A stretch of 64,000 nucleotides of DNA from the human T2T-CHM13v2.0 reference genome, Homo sapiens, in the NCBI RefSeq assembly GCF_009914755.1, contig NC_060937.1. The stretch is one strand, 5' to 3'. Shown in pieces: positions 15,759 to 28,082 of this stretch. The notes beneath the pieces were generated by a model. It saw only the letters and a program-made list of their open reading frames with translations, searched no databases and was not told where the DNA came from. Within the stretch, counting starts at the first letter, position 1. The number at the start of each line of letters is the position of its first letter. The translations under genes and the position numbers were made by a program.

Positions 15759-16911
15759 CATTTTACTTTAAGTTCTGAGATACATGTGCAGAACGTGCAG
15801 GTTTGTTACACAGGTATACATGTGTCATGGTAGTTTGCTGCACCTATCAACCCGTCATATAGGATTTAAGCCCCACATGCATTAGGTATTTGTCCTAAGG
15901 ATCTCCCCCACTCTCCCTCCACCCATGGACAGGCCCCGGTGTATAATGTTCCCCTCCCTGTGTCCATGTGTTCTCACTGTTCAACTTCCACTTAGGAGTA
16001 AGAACATGAAGTGTTTGGTTTTCTGTTCCTGTGTTAGTTTGCTGAGAATGATGGCTTCCAGTTTCATCCATGTCCATGCAAAGACGTTAACTAATCCTTT
16101 TTTTAATGACTGCATATTACTCCATGGTGTATATGTGCCACATATTCTTTATCCAATTTATCACTGATGGGCATTTGGGTTGGTTCCAAATCTTTGCTAT
16201 TGGACATAGTGCTGCAATAAACATTCGTGTGCTTGTGTCTTTGTAATAGAATGATTTGTAATCCTTCCCGTATATACCCAGTAATGAGATTGCTGGGTTA
16301 AATGATATTTCTGCTTCTAGATATTTGGGGAATCACCACACAGTCTTCCACAATGGTTGAACTAATTTACACTCCCACCAACAATGTAAAAGCATTTCTA
16401 TTTATCTACAGACTTAAATGTAAAACCTCAAACCGTAAAAAACCCTAGAAGAAAACCTAGGCAATACCATTCATGACATAGGTATGGGCAAAGATCTCAT
16501 GACTAAAACACCGAAAGCAATGGCAACAAAAGCCAAAGTTGATGAATGAGATCTCATCAAACTAAAGAGCTTCTGCACAGCAAAAGAAACTATCATCAGA
16601 GTGAAAAGACAACCAACAGAATAGGAGAAAATGTTTCCAAGATACCCATCTGACAAAGATCTAATATCCAGAATCCACAAGGAACTTAACAAATTTACAA
16701 GAAAAAAAGCAAACAATTCCATGAAAAAGTGGGCAAAGATTATGAACAGACACTTCTCAAAAGAAGACATTTATGTGGCCAATAAACATATGAACAAAAG
16801 CTCATCATCACTGGTCATTAGAGAAATGCAAATCAAAACCACAATGAGACACAATCTCACGCCAGTTAGAATGGTGATTATCAAAATGTCGGGAGACAAC
16901 AGATGCTGGTG
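15759..16911 (-). mobile_element. 5'-truncated and 5'-inverted L1PA8-like element (antisense 15759-16410, inverted sense arm 16411-16911)
   Basis: 3'UTR ttaagccccacatgcattaggtatttgtcct; orientation switches at ...atctaca|gacttaaatg; 14-bp TSD aagtgtatttttta at 15745-15758 and 16912-16925. Confidence 0.92.
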
Positions 16912-17775
16912 AAGTGTATTTTTTATACTTCATATTTTCTATAAAAATCTGAATATGACAGAAATATTAACTCAAAGAAGTTTTTGTCACACTAATTTAG
17001 AATTGTATGATTCAACTTTCTTAGCATACGATACATAAGATAGATTTGAAAATTTATCCAGTGATCAATTCTTCAAAGTTTGGGATACAGAGGAATTGAA
17101 GGTGTTGCTGAATATCAGACAAATCTCATATAAATGACTTAGATTTTTTCAGTCTTGAATTTCTTCCAACTCTCACTATTTGTTCTGCACCAGCCAATAC
17201 AACAAAGATTTTTGTGTAAGCTTGAGCAGTCCCACCATCTAGAGTTAAAGCCTGGCTCCTTCAACTCTTCTAGACTTGAAGAAAGTATGAAGGGATAGGA
17301 TATCACTGCTAGCTTCTTGTGTGGCCATTAAAAGTTTCAAATGACCACCACTGGAACTGCAAACAAGTTAATTTTTTATATGATAAATTTTGATCACTGT
17401 AGGATAGGAGATAAAAGTTCTGCAAAAAAAATGCCTCTCTATATCTTCTTTTGATAGACTATTTCTGTACAACCTACCCAGATATGACCTCCATGCTGAT
17501 GAATTGGCTATATCTTTTTTTAAGCAGTAGACAATTCAGTAATGCACTGCTTTGTATCTGCTTCCATTCTTCTCCCTTTAACCTCCTGCCCATTTTCCTC
17601 ACTCTTTTTGTGCTAGCTATGTGCTTCCCAATAAAGCATTAGCCTTAGCCTTCACTGCAATGTCTATTTTTTAGCGAACACCAGGTTACGAAATGCTAAC
17701 TAAAAGTAGAAATCAGATAATCAACCAGAGGACTAGAGATGTGTGTAGTAAAAAATGAAAATGTGAGGGATTGAT

Positions 17776-18378
17776 AGTCAGTGTGGCGATTCCTCAGGGA
17801 TCTAGAACTGGAAATACCATTTGACCCAGCCATCCCATTACTGGGTATATACCCAAAGGACTATAAATCATGCTGCTATAAAGACACATGCACATGTATG
17901 TTTATTGTGGCATTATTCACAATAGCAAAGACTTGGAACCAACCCAAATGTCCAACAATGATAGACTGGATTAAGAAAATGTGGCACATATACACCACGG
18001 AATACTATGCAGCCATAAAAAATGATGAGTTCATGTCCTTTGTAGGGACATGGATGAAATTGGAAATCATCATTCTCAGTAAACTATCACAAGAACAAAA
18101 AACCAAACACCGCATATTCTCACTTATAGGTGGGAATTGAACAATGAGATCACATGGACACAGGAAGGGGAATATCACATTCTGGGGACTGTTGTGGGGT
18201 AGGGGGAGGGGGTAGGGATAGCATTGGGAGATATACCTAATGCTAGATGATGAGTTAGTGGGTGCAGCGCACCAGCATGGCATATGTATACATACGTAAC
18301 TAACCTGCACAATGTGCACATGTACCCTAAACCTTAAAGTATAATAATAAAAAAAAGACAAATCCAAAAAAAAAAAAA
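17776..18378 (+). mobile_element. Young 5'-truncated L1 (L1PA2-like): ORF2 C-terminus, 3'UTR and poly(A)
   Basis: ORF 17781-18140 is the uninterrupted ORF2 end (...HRIFSLIGGN). 3'UTR gagatcacatggacacaggaaggggaatatcac and gatgagttagtg (GAG, not the L1HS ACA/ACG). TSD-like gaaaatgtRaggga on both sides. Confidence 0.93.
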
Positions 18379-20144
18379 GAAAATGTAAGGGACATGATAG
18401 AATTGGAAAAAACCGGGGCATAAAGAAATTAAAGGTCTCTTCAAAGTCAAAACACAGGTATACTTATTACTGCATGTGAGGGATTTTGGAATTATGTTGA
18501 ATAGTTGAAGTATTTTAAAAAAACGATATAGCGGCATTGAGTATGTAGAATAAAGTCTGTAGTCTATCTATTCTTTACCCATGGGTCTCATAATAGATGA
18601 GGTCTATTAGAATAAGCTGTTTTATTTTATTTGCTTAATAATCTACATTGCTATAAGAGAAGCAAAGTCTCAATTATGTACCAGGAGCCAATTAATCCTA
18701 GGTGTAGAAAATAATATTCAGTGGAATTTTAAATAATCAGGTCAGTTTATTTACAACAGGTAGAAGGTTTCCAAAAAGCGGAGTGAGAATTGTGTATAAG
18801 TACGAAGTATAAAAAAATTAGAAAAAATGATTATGGCTTCTGCTATAGTACCCAAGCTGATAGGAAAGAGTGGCATGAATGGAAGGAAATTACCAAAATT
18901 ACTAACTTTCAAAATATTTTTGTTTCTGTTGTTTATTTAGGATTTACTGATCCCAAGCAGGATGACATGATCTCAAAGATGTGGGCTGCCTGAGACGGTA
19001 AGAGGGTAATGATTGGTGTGCTGAATAAGGCTGAACCCTGTATTCTGCTTTGCAGTTAATGCCTTAAGAATGGGTTCTCCAAAATATTTTTCTAAATGAG
19101 AATTTAAAAGAGGGGCAACTGGTCAGAATAACCTAAGGTAAGTATGTAAGCTGATTACTGAAATTATGCTATCATATTCATAGTTATACAATTTTGCCTT
19201 AAGTACAGGCTAGTATATAACACTTTGATTATAAGAAATTCATGGTGGATGATTGTAGGGGTCGTTTCCTTAGGAATGATTCTGTAGAGGTTGTTACTCT
19301 AAAACTTTAATAACCTCTTTCAGAATTTGCTTTACAATATGCAGCATCTACAAATATGTGATAATGTTTCTTTCACTTTTTATCTAATTTAGCTCATATT
19401 CACTTTGAGCAAACAGAACATTCATTATTTCTTCATTTCTCTTTAAGATAAGCCTCTCAGCATTACCTAAATCACCATCGTGTCCATTATTATTTTTACT
19501 TTTTTCATTTGTTTGCCTTTCAGGAACACTCTCCTTAGTCTTATTGTTATCGGTCCCAAAGTTTTCAGCTTTACTATCTGCTACACTATCTGATTCATCA
19601 TTCAGCTTGCTCCTGTATTATCAGGAAACACATTATTAATTTTATTGTTCTGTTTCTCACAGCTGACATATTTAACAGGATCTGATAAAATTTTCTTTTC
19701 TTCTTTCCAGATGAAGCCTCACAATGTTCTTTGCTAGTAATAGCTTACTTGTTAAATCAATTCATTCATTACGATTGAGTTTGCTGGACTCGGGGTGGGA
19801 ATTTGATTATCAAAAGACAGAGTTTTGTTTCTAATCCCCTATATGACTATAATTAAAATTTATGGCATCATCCCCAGGTAATTAAATATATGCTTAATGT
19901 TAAAGCTCAATACATTATCTTTTCATTATCTTACTTTTCTAATTTATATAGTATTTGGTGTGTGTTGTGGCTTTGTTTAGATTGGTTATCAGTGGTTGTC
20001 ACAAGGCTAGTCTGATGTTTACAATTGATTCAACAATTTAACATAGCATTGGAGGGACTAAAATATTGTAGTCACTTTTTTAGTGTATTTGTTATACATA
20101 CATTCAGTTGCAAAAGTCATAGTCCAGGAAGATGTTAAAATCAA

Positions 20145-20820
20145 ATTAATTAATTTATTAAATATATTTAAAAACTGATTTCTATGTGTCATGCACTGTA
20201 TAATGCATAAAAATGTGAACACTGAAAAACAATCTATTTTCTCTTTGGAAGGCGATGGTTGTTCAGGTAAATGAGGATGAAGTGCTCTAATAGGTTTTTC
20301 ATTGAAAGTAAGAAAAAGTAATATTTGGAGTTGTCAACTCTGCTGTGCTTGTGGGACATGCATGTAGGGAGTTTCCAGAAAGAGTTGCATATATTCTTTT
20401 GAAAATCTACATAGATGTCTGAGCCAGACCTAAAATTATCCTCATTCTGACAGTTATTGTTAGGAGAGAGAATGCAGTCCCTCGGGTAGCGTATGTTATT
20501 TGAGAGAACAGTAGGAGAGAATAGTAGGACTATTGAACTCTGGAAAACACACAGTTTTACATTTATTTCAATTTTGTTTTAATTTTATTTAAACTAATGA
20601 ACAGAGTAAAAGGAGACCTTGAAGCACACATAAAAAAGTTTACAGAGAATATAGAACCTTCTATTGGTAATATTTTCTGTGATGAAAATCAAAGATATAT
20701 TTTAGTAGAGTGTTTTTTTTTAAGATGGAGAGTTCTAAATTGATTTCATTGACAATTGTAGACAGTCTGTAATGAAGAAGGCAATGAGGTTCAATGTACA
20801 AAAGATGGACAAAGAGTGAG
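20145..20820 (-). mobile_element. L2 fragments
   Basis: aatttattaaatatatt...ctatgtgtcatgcactgt resembles the L2 3' end; gtgcttgtgggacatgcatgtagggag resembles L2 internal sequence. Confidence 0.5.
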
Positions 20821-21289
20821 TTTAGTGTTAAATTAGCATGAGATTTACCTCTTATTTGTATTAATTGAGTCTAGAAATGTTATGTGATGATAGGTCTAAT
20901 AAATCATTACACAAACTAAACAACATACTGATGCATTAAGAGGAGTTTAATAATAGAGCCACTATAAATACAACTCTCTTATTCTTTATTTCTTTGAGAG
21001 AATGTAACCTAATTAATGCTGAAAGGAGCACTTTGTTTAACTTTATTTCCTCCATTATTTCCCTACTATTTTGACCTTTATGGTTGAACAAAATTTGTTA
21101 ATTGTTATGAACTACTAGCTGATAAGTAACAATTGCCCATTTCTTATCTAATTTTAAGTTAAATATTAAAAGAGTTTTTGTTGTATATGTGGTGCATATG
21201 TGTGCATGAGCACCTATTAAGTGTTAAAGCACACCAATCTCTAGGAGATAAAGAGATGCTATTTCATACGCTCTACCAACAAAATACAC

Positions 21290-22616
21290 TTCTTTCTTTT
21301 TTTTTATTTTAATTTTAGTTTAAGTTCTGGGATACATGTGCAGAACGTGCATGTTTGTTACCTAGGTATAAATGTGCACAGTGATTAGCTGCACCTATTG
21401 ACCCGTCCTCTAAGTTCCCTGCCCTCGCCCACCACCCCGCAACAGGCCCTGGTGTGTGCTGTTCCCCTCTCTGTGTCCATGCGTTCTCATTGTTCAATGC
21501 CCAATTATGAATGAGAACATGTGGTATTTGGTTTTCTGTTCCTGTGTTAGTTTGCTGAGGAGGATGGCTTCCAGCTTCATCCATGTCCCTGAAAATGACA
21601 TGATTGCATTCCTTTTTATGACTGTGTTGTATTCCATGGTGTATATGCACCACATTTTCTTTAGTCAGTCTATGATTGTGGGCACTTGGGTTGGTTCTAT
21701 GACTTTGCTATTGTAAACAGTGCTGCAATAAACATATGTGTGCATATGTCTTTATAGTAGAATGATTTATATTCCTTTGGGTATATACCAAGTAATGGGA
21801 TTGCTGGGTCAAATGGTATTTCTGGTTCTAGATCATTGAGAAATCACCATACTGTCTTCCACAATGGTTGAACTAATTTACATTCCCACCAACAATGTAA
21901 AAGCATTCCTACTTCTCCATAGCCCTGCCAGCATCTATTGTTTCTTGACATTTTAATAATCGCCATACTGACTGGCATGAGATGGTATTTCATTGTGATT
22001 TTGATTTGTATTTCTCTAATGATCAGTAATATTGAGCTTTTTTCATATGATTGTTGGCCACATGTCTTCTTTTGAGAAGACATATCCTTCACCCACTTTT
22101 CATTGGGTTGTTTTTTTTCTTGTAAATTTGTTTAAGTTCCTTATAAATTCTGTATGTTAGAGCTTTGCCAGATGGGTAGATTGCAAAAATTTTCTCCCAT
22201 TCTGTGGGTTGCCTGTTCACTCTGATGATAGTTTCTTTCTGCTTTGCATAAACTCTTTAGTTTAATTAGATCCCATTTGTCAATGTTGGCTTTTTTTGCA
22301 ATTGCTTTTGGCATTTTTGTCATGAAATCTTTGCCCATGCCTATGTACTGAATAGTATTGCCTAGGTTTCCTTCTAGGAGTTTTCATAGTTTTGGGCTTT
22401 ACATGTAAGTCTTTAATTCATCTTGAGTAAATTTTTGTATAAGGTGTTAAGAAAGGCGCCCAATTTCAGTTTTCTGCATATGGCTATCCAGTTTTTCCAG
22501 CACCATTTATTGAATAGCAGATCCTTTCTTCATTGCTTGTTTTTGTCAGGGTTGTTGAATGTCAGATGGTTGTAAATATGTGTTGTTATTTCTGAGGTCT
22601 CTATTCTGTTGCATTG
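21290..22616 (-). mobile_element. 5'-truncated L1PA8A-like element
   Basis: T-rich tail; 3'UTR gcacctattgacccgtcctctaagttccct; minus-strand ORF2 remnants [14 protein letters not shown] and [16 protein letters not shown]. Confidence 0.9.
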
Positions 22617-22999
22617 AGAAAGGTATATGGTCTCTAATATCTCCCCAGATATACTGTGGTTCCTCTGTATTTGTTTTGTCATATCTTTTATATATAATAA
22701 AAATGTAACCCTACTATTTATATAAATTCTTGCATATAGGTCAGTAATCTGTCTCACACATAAGGAGACATCCACAAATATTGGATGGCATATCTACTGA
22801 ATTTCACAGGAGACACAATGAAACATTTGAAGACTGCTAAACTTGTGTTCATTGTTCTTTTTGTTTTTAGGCTAAATTGACAAATTAGAATGCATTACTA
22901 AATTATTCAAGCAATCAATTTTTGAGTGGGTAATCCATTTTATTTAGAAATGTGCAATAAAAAGCAATGTGGTGGGTTACTGAAATTCAGTGTAAGCTT

Positions 23000-24480
23000 A
23001 AGGCTCTTATGCCAGATGAAGCACATTCCTTTGTCTTCTGTACCTCCCAAGACACTAATTAAATAAGGATATAGAAATAGATAAAGGAGTAAACACATAA
23101 TGAACAAGAAGAGTCCATAAACAAATGAAGGATTTTACAGTATTTCAGAGAGAGAGAGGGAGAGAGAGAAGAGAGGGACTAGAACTAGAGAAGAATTGAA
23201 ACAGATACTAGCAACAAAATTACAAAGAATATGGTTCAATGATGCTCACCAAGAGAAAAATGAAGTCTGCCCAAGGGGACTCAGAGAGAATCTGGGTTCA
23301 ATGTCAGGAGGTCAGGAGAAGGCTGTAATAAAATACATGTTAAAACCAAAGGAAGCAACTTAGAATATGTATTTTAAAACCGTCTTTAATCTTCGTTGCT
23401 ATCTCCACCAGGAGCATACATAGATTATGGAGCCTGCATTATCCTCAATCTAGCTATGATGTGAACGATTGTAAATAAGGCCTCCCTATTCTAGCATTTG
23501 TGGTGTCATTATGGGATGCCCATAACTCAACAGGATTTAAACACTCTAATCATAAAGTGAATTTTTCCTGTTCCTTTCCAAAAATGATAGCTAGAAAGCC
23601 CACAGTTGTTAGCATTCTCATTCAGAGAAATTATCTAACCTGTAACAGATCTACTTACAGAAAAGAAAAGAAAAAACATTCTTGGGCTTTACGTATGAAG
23701 TAAGAAGAAGGAAATATTCTCATGCTTACCGAATAATCCTATGCAGTAAAAACTAACCAAATAAAAAGGAAAAACTAAAGCAAAGCTAATAATGAAAGTA
23801 AAAGCCAAGCCCAAAATAAACAAAGATGATTTAAGAAAATAAAAAGTTTAAAATACCCTAAATTTAAATCTAATCAACACACTCAGATACTGGCAAAACA
23901 TACATTTCTTAAACAATAAGACACCATGAAAAATAAAAATTAAGTAAAGCAAGTTTAAAAATTCTCAGAAACTAAAAATGTAATTTCTACTTTGGAAAGA
24001 AATAAAAGCTGTAGGCAATATGCATACTTTAAAAAGTTCCATAAAACGTAGAGAATGATGTTAACGGAAAGCCTATGAAGTAAAATAATAGATATAAATC
24101 TAGAAGTTGAACATCTTAAGTGTCAGTTTGGATGCTTTCAACTGCTTATAGAGCAAATCTGAGGAACCCATTTGAAGTGAACAAAATAATTAAAAACAAA
24201 TTGTATCCATACATGTTTGTAAAAATTTAAAATGCAAAATACAAAGAGATAATCCTTGAAACTGAAAGAGAGAGGAGAAAAAATACATTTTGATCATGAG
24301 AATCAAACTAACCTCAGAGAACAATGAATAGTACAGATACCAATATCTTGCTATCAAAGTTCTGATAGAAAAGATGCTTTGGAGGCCATTGTCTAGAATT
24401 CTGTTCTCACCCAAATTGTCAGTCAACTGTGAGGCCATAGAGGATGTTTTCACATTTAAAGGACAAATCAAACTTATGTC
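23000..24480 (+). mobile_element. Ancient, degraded L1/HAL1-like 5' region and ORF1 remnant
   Basis: A-rich; ctagaattctgttctcacccaaattgtcagtcaactgtgagg resembles the L1 ORF1 C-terminal region. Boundaries uncertain. Confidence 0.35.
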
Positions 24481-24485
24481 CCACA

Positions 24486-24909
24486 GAATGCAAACTAGTA
24501 CAGCCACTATCAAAAACTATGGGGATTCCTTAAAGAACTAAAAGTAGAACTACTATTTTATCCAGCAATCCCACTACTGGGTATCTACCCTGAGAAAAAG
24601 AAATCATTATTTGAAAAAGATACTTGCACATGCATACTTATAGCAGCACAATTCACAACTGCAAAATCCTGGAACCAACCCAAATGCCCATCAATCAACA
24701 AGTCAACGAATGGATAAAGAAACTGTGATATATATACATATATATATATATATTCCGCTATATATATATATATATTCTGCTATATATATATATTCCACTA
24801 TATATATATATATTCCGCTATATATATATATATTCTGCTATATATATATATATATTCCGCTATATATATATATATTCCGCTACATATATATATATATATA
24901 TATATTCCG

Positions 24910-24943
<34 letters not shown>

Positions 24944-25308
24944 TGGAATCCTACGCAGCCATAAAAAGCAATGAATTAACAGCATTTGCAGTGACCTGGA
25001 TGAGATTGGAGACTATTATTCTAAGTGAAGTAACTCAGGAATGGAAAACCAAACATCATATGTTCTCACTGATATATGGGAGCTAAGCTATGAGGACACA
25101 AAGGCATAAGAATAATGCAATGGACTTTGGGGACTTGTGGGGAAAAGTAGGAGAGAGGGCAAGGGATACAAGACTACAAGTATGGTCCAGTGTATACTGC
25201 ACAGTTGATGACTACACTAAAATCTCACAAATCACCACTAAAGAACTTACTCATGTAACCAAATACCACCTGTACCCTAACAACTTATGGAAATAAAAAT
25301 AAAAACTA
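24486..25308 (+). mobile_element. L1PB1-like 3' fragment
   Basis: gagctaagctatgaggacacaaaggcataagaat...aaatcaccactaaagaacttactcatgtaaccaaataccacctgtaccc. Confidence 0.88.
24728..24941. repeat. Compound (TA)n minisatellite: 8 TATTCYRC cores, units mostly 20-22 bp
   Basis: tattccgc, tattctgc or tattccac cores separated by (TA)n runs. Confidence 0.95.
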
Positions 25309-27609
25309 GATAAACAAAACTTACCTGCCACAAGCTTGTTTATGCTCTATCAAAACTGGGGGGGCAGGGAAACAAAATAAAAGGCATGTGGCATGGGAAT
25401 CACTGACTCTGACATACAGAGTGGGACAAATTATTTTAATAGCCTAGTGGGCATCATCTCCACATCACACAGGATGCTTTGATAGGGAAATTTCTAAGAT
25501 ATACGAAATCTAGATAAAACACTAAGTGTGATTAAGAGCTGAGGGAAAAAAGATACTGATGAAGGCACAAAAATAAAAACATAAGAAGAAAAGCAATCAC
25601 AAACTCCAGTAAATATACCTATGTATAAAAGTCACAGTTCAAACAAGAAGCAGCATAAAAGATGTGGTGGGGAGATAAAATTGGAAGTGGTACAATTAAA
25701 CAAAAATATTTGTCTTTGAAGCTAGGAATATTCACATATGAGTATCAAGGCATTGATAATAATTACCATATGCAAATAAAACTAGAAAATTTATAGTACT
25801 TGGATATAATTAAACATAATTATGTAGTAAAATTAATACAAAATTATATTGCTTCATAATTTTAGTCACCTTAAAGACACAGAATAGGAAAAATGATTTT
25901 CAAGGTCGAATGGAATGTAAATTAAAACCTTTGGCACTGCTAAAGTAAAATTTTTGTTGGTAGAGATTGGGGAGATTGAGATAAAAAAAATTGCCTCAGT
26001 AAAGGCTTGCGATTCTGTTGGCAGGTGATTGAGATAGACATAAAATTCTATGTGCTAATTTCAAAGTTGAAACCATAATCAATAGAAAAAAATAATGCAT
26101 TAATAAAAATATCAGTCAAGAGGGAAGAAGAATAAGATAAAGTAAGCCTTATAACTCTTATGTTTCATTGGAAGGAGTCAATGCAAAGTTTCCCACGTTG
26201 ATAAATGAAGGAAGGGAGAAAGCATACCAAATAAATATAGAACAATTTTAAGTAAGAGTTTGAGGATTTGGAATTAGAATGAGAAAAGGGCATTTTGCAG
26301 AGATAAACTTTTGTCCTCCTGGTTTATTCATTTTCATTTTGTTCATGGAAAAAATACAATTTTCAAATCCTCAAGCCTCAACATAGTACCACTCAGTTCT
26401 AATATATCAATGAAATGGGAACAGAAGTGAAGTGGACCTCTGGCCCATAAACAGTTCCCTAAGGTTTTCATAATTTTTTCTACCCATGTATGGCAGGCAG
26501 AACTATAAGGATGGCCACCAACCACAGGAGCTCAGTTAAGAACATCCACATCAGTCTTCAAATGAGAAAAAAAACAAAACAAAACAAAAAAAAAACACTT
26601 TATCTGTTAAATTGAAGGAATTTGAGGATTGTATTTTAAACCAACTGGACATAACTGCACTGATTAATTCAGAATACAAGGGGATTACATGTTTATCATA
26701 AACCCTTCCAAAAATGAATAATATCCTTTTTTATGTATCTCTCTGACATTTTTTTCCACAATGTCAATGAAAGCAAAAAGAAACCTTTGCTCTTATTTAT
26801 TTAAAGGTTAAACTTGCAAGCAATGCAATTTTCTGAATATCATTACATGCATCATGTCAGGTCTCAGAACTGTATGATATTGAAAGCCTATAACATCAAC
26901 TTCTTTGACAATCATACTGTCTATATTTTACAATAAACTAGGATATGTATGTATGTGTCTACATACTTAAACGTAACCAAAATTTTCTAAAACCATGAAC
27001 TCAATAATATTGTGTACTTACAAGTGAGGGCTTTCTTTCACAAGCTCTAAGATAAGGCCATGTATTTAGCAAAAAATAGATTGAATTAAAGAGGCCCCCC
27101 CCCAAAATATGTATCTCAAATAATATTATTTCAAACACAAAGAACACCATATGGATACATTGAAGATCACACAAAAATTCATTTAAAAAACAAGTTAAAC
27201 TGGATGAACTATAATGATACTGCAAAACTGTTCTATTAATGAAGAATGTGAAAGTCATGTTTTTAAATACATATTTTCAAAACCATAGATAGTTATTAAT
27301 TATTCTGCAATGCACTCTGGCTTATTACTAAGCCTACTTCAATATCCATACAACATATTATCTTTTCACTAACCCATCCAAATTTAACCTAACTAAAAAG
27401 AAGTAATACTTGCTACTATTTTGTTTACAACATGTAAAAAAAATGAGTCTGCATTGGTTATATTTTTCTGCATACTAAACTCACACAAAACAGTGACTTA
27501 AAGTAACAATCATTTTATTTAGCCCATAATTCTGTGGCTCAGCCATGTGATCCTGCTGAGAAAGTTCGGCTGACCTCTGCTGGGTTTTCTCATGCGTCTA
27601 TTGCCAGAC

Positions 27610-28039
27610 TGTAAGGTTAGCCAAGAGAAAGGACTAGTAGACCCAAGGCAAGCAAGTTTTGTTGTCCTGCCAGGCTGCTTGACAGGCAGAGGAGGCAGCC
27701 TGGCTTACAGACTACAGCAGGGCTTTATAGGCCGAGGAACTGGGTCAGAATGTGGGGACTGAGTCAGGGCTACAGGTGTCCTAACCGCATCCTGGAGATG
27801 TTTGTTGCCAGCTTTGTTATGCAAGGTGGGTAGGTGTTCTGACCGCATCCTGGAACCGTCTGCCAGCTCAGCTGAAGTCTTTTGAACAAACAGTTACTGG
27901 AAGGGTCAGTGGGAGAGGGGGTAGGGGGCACAGGGTCTACTTCTAACCTTGGGGGAGCTGTTGGGGGGTGGTGACAAAGGACTGTATTGGAAGACTTATG
28001 GGAAAGGAGGAGAATAGTCTAGTTGGGTTGACCCTAACA
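27610..28039 (-). mobile_element. Proviral 3' LTR
   Basis: Minus strand TGTTAGGG...CCTTACA; TATAAAG present; preceded by purine-rich agaaggctggaa (PPT-like). Confidence 0.92.
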
Positions 28040-28082
28040 TTCCAGCCTTCTAACAGATAATAGAAAAGCAGTGTTGTTCTCA

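Noticed and set aside
17781-18140. Clean 119-aa ORF
   Set aside because: It is only the C-terminal fragment of L1 ORF2 in a 5'-truncated copy, with a GTG pseudo-start and no promoter.
24751-24910. Regularly spaced short repeats superficially like a CRISPR array
   Set aside because: The spacers are plain (TA)n rather than unique sequence, there are no cas genes, and the DNA is primate.
24710-24964. Tyr/Ile-rich ORFs here and at 49815-50243
   Set aside because: Artefacts of translating (TA)n repeats.
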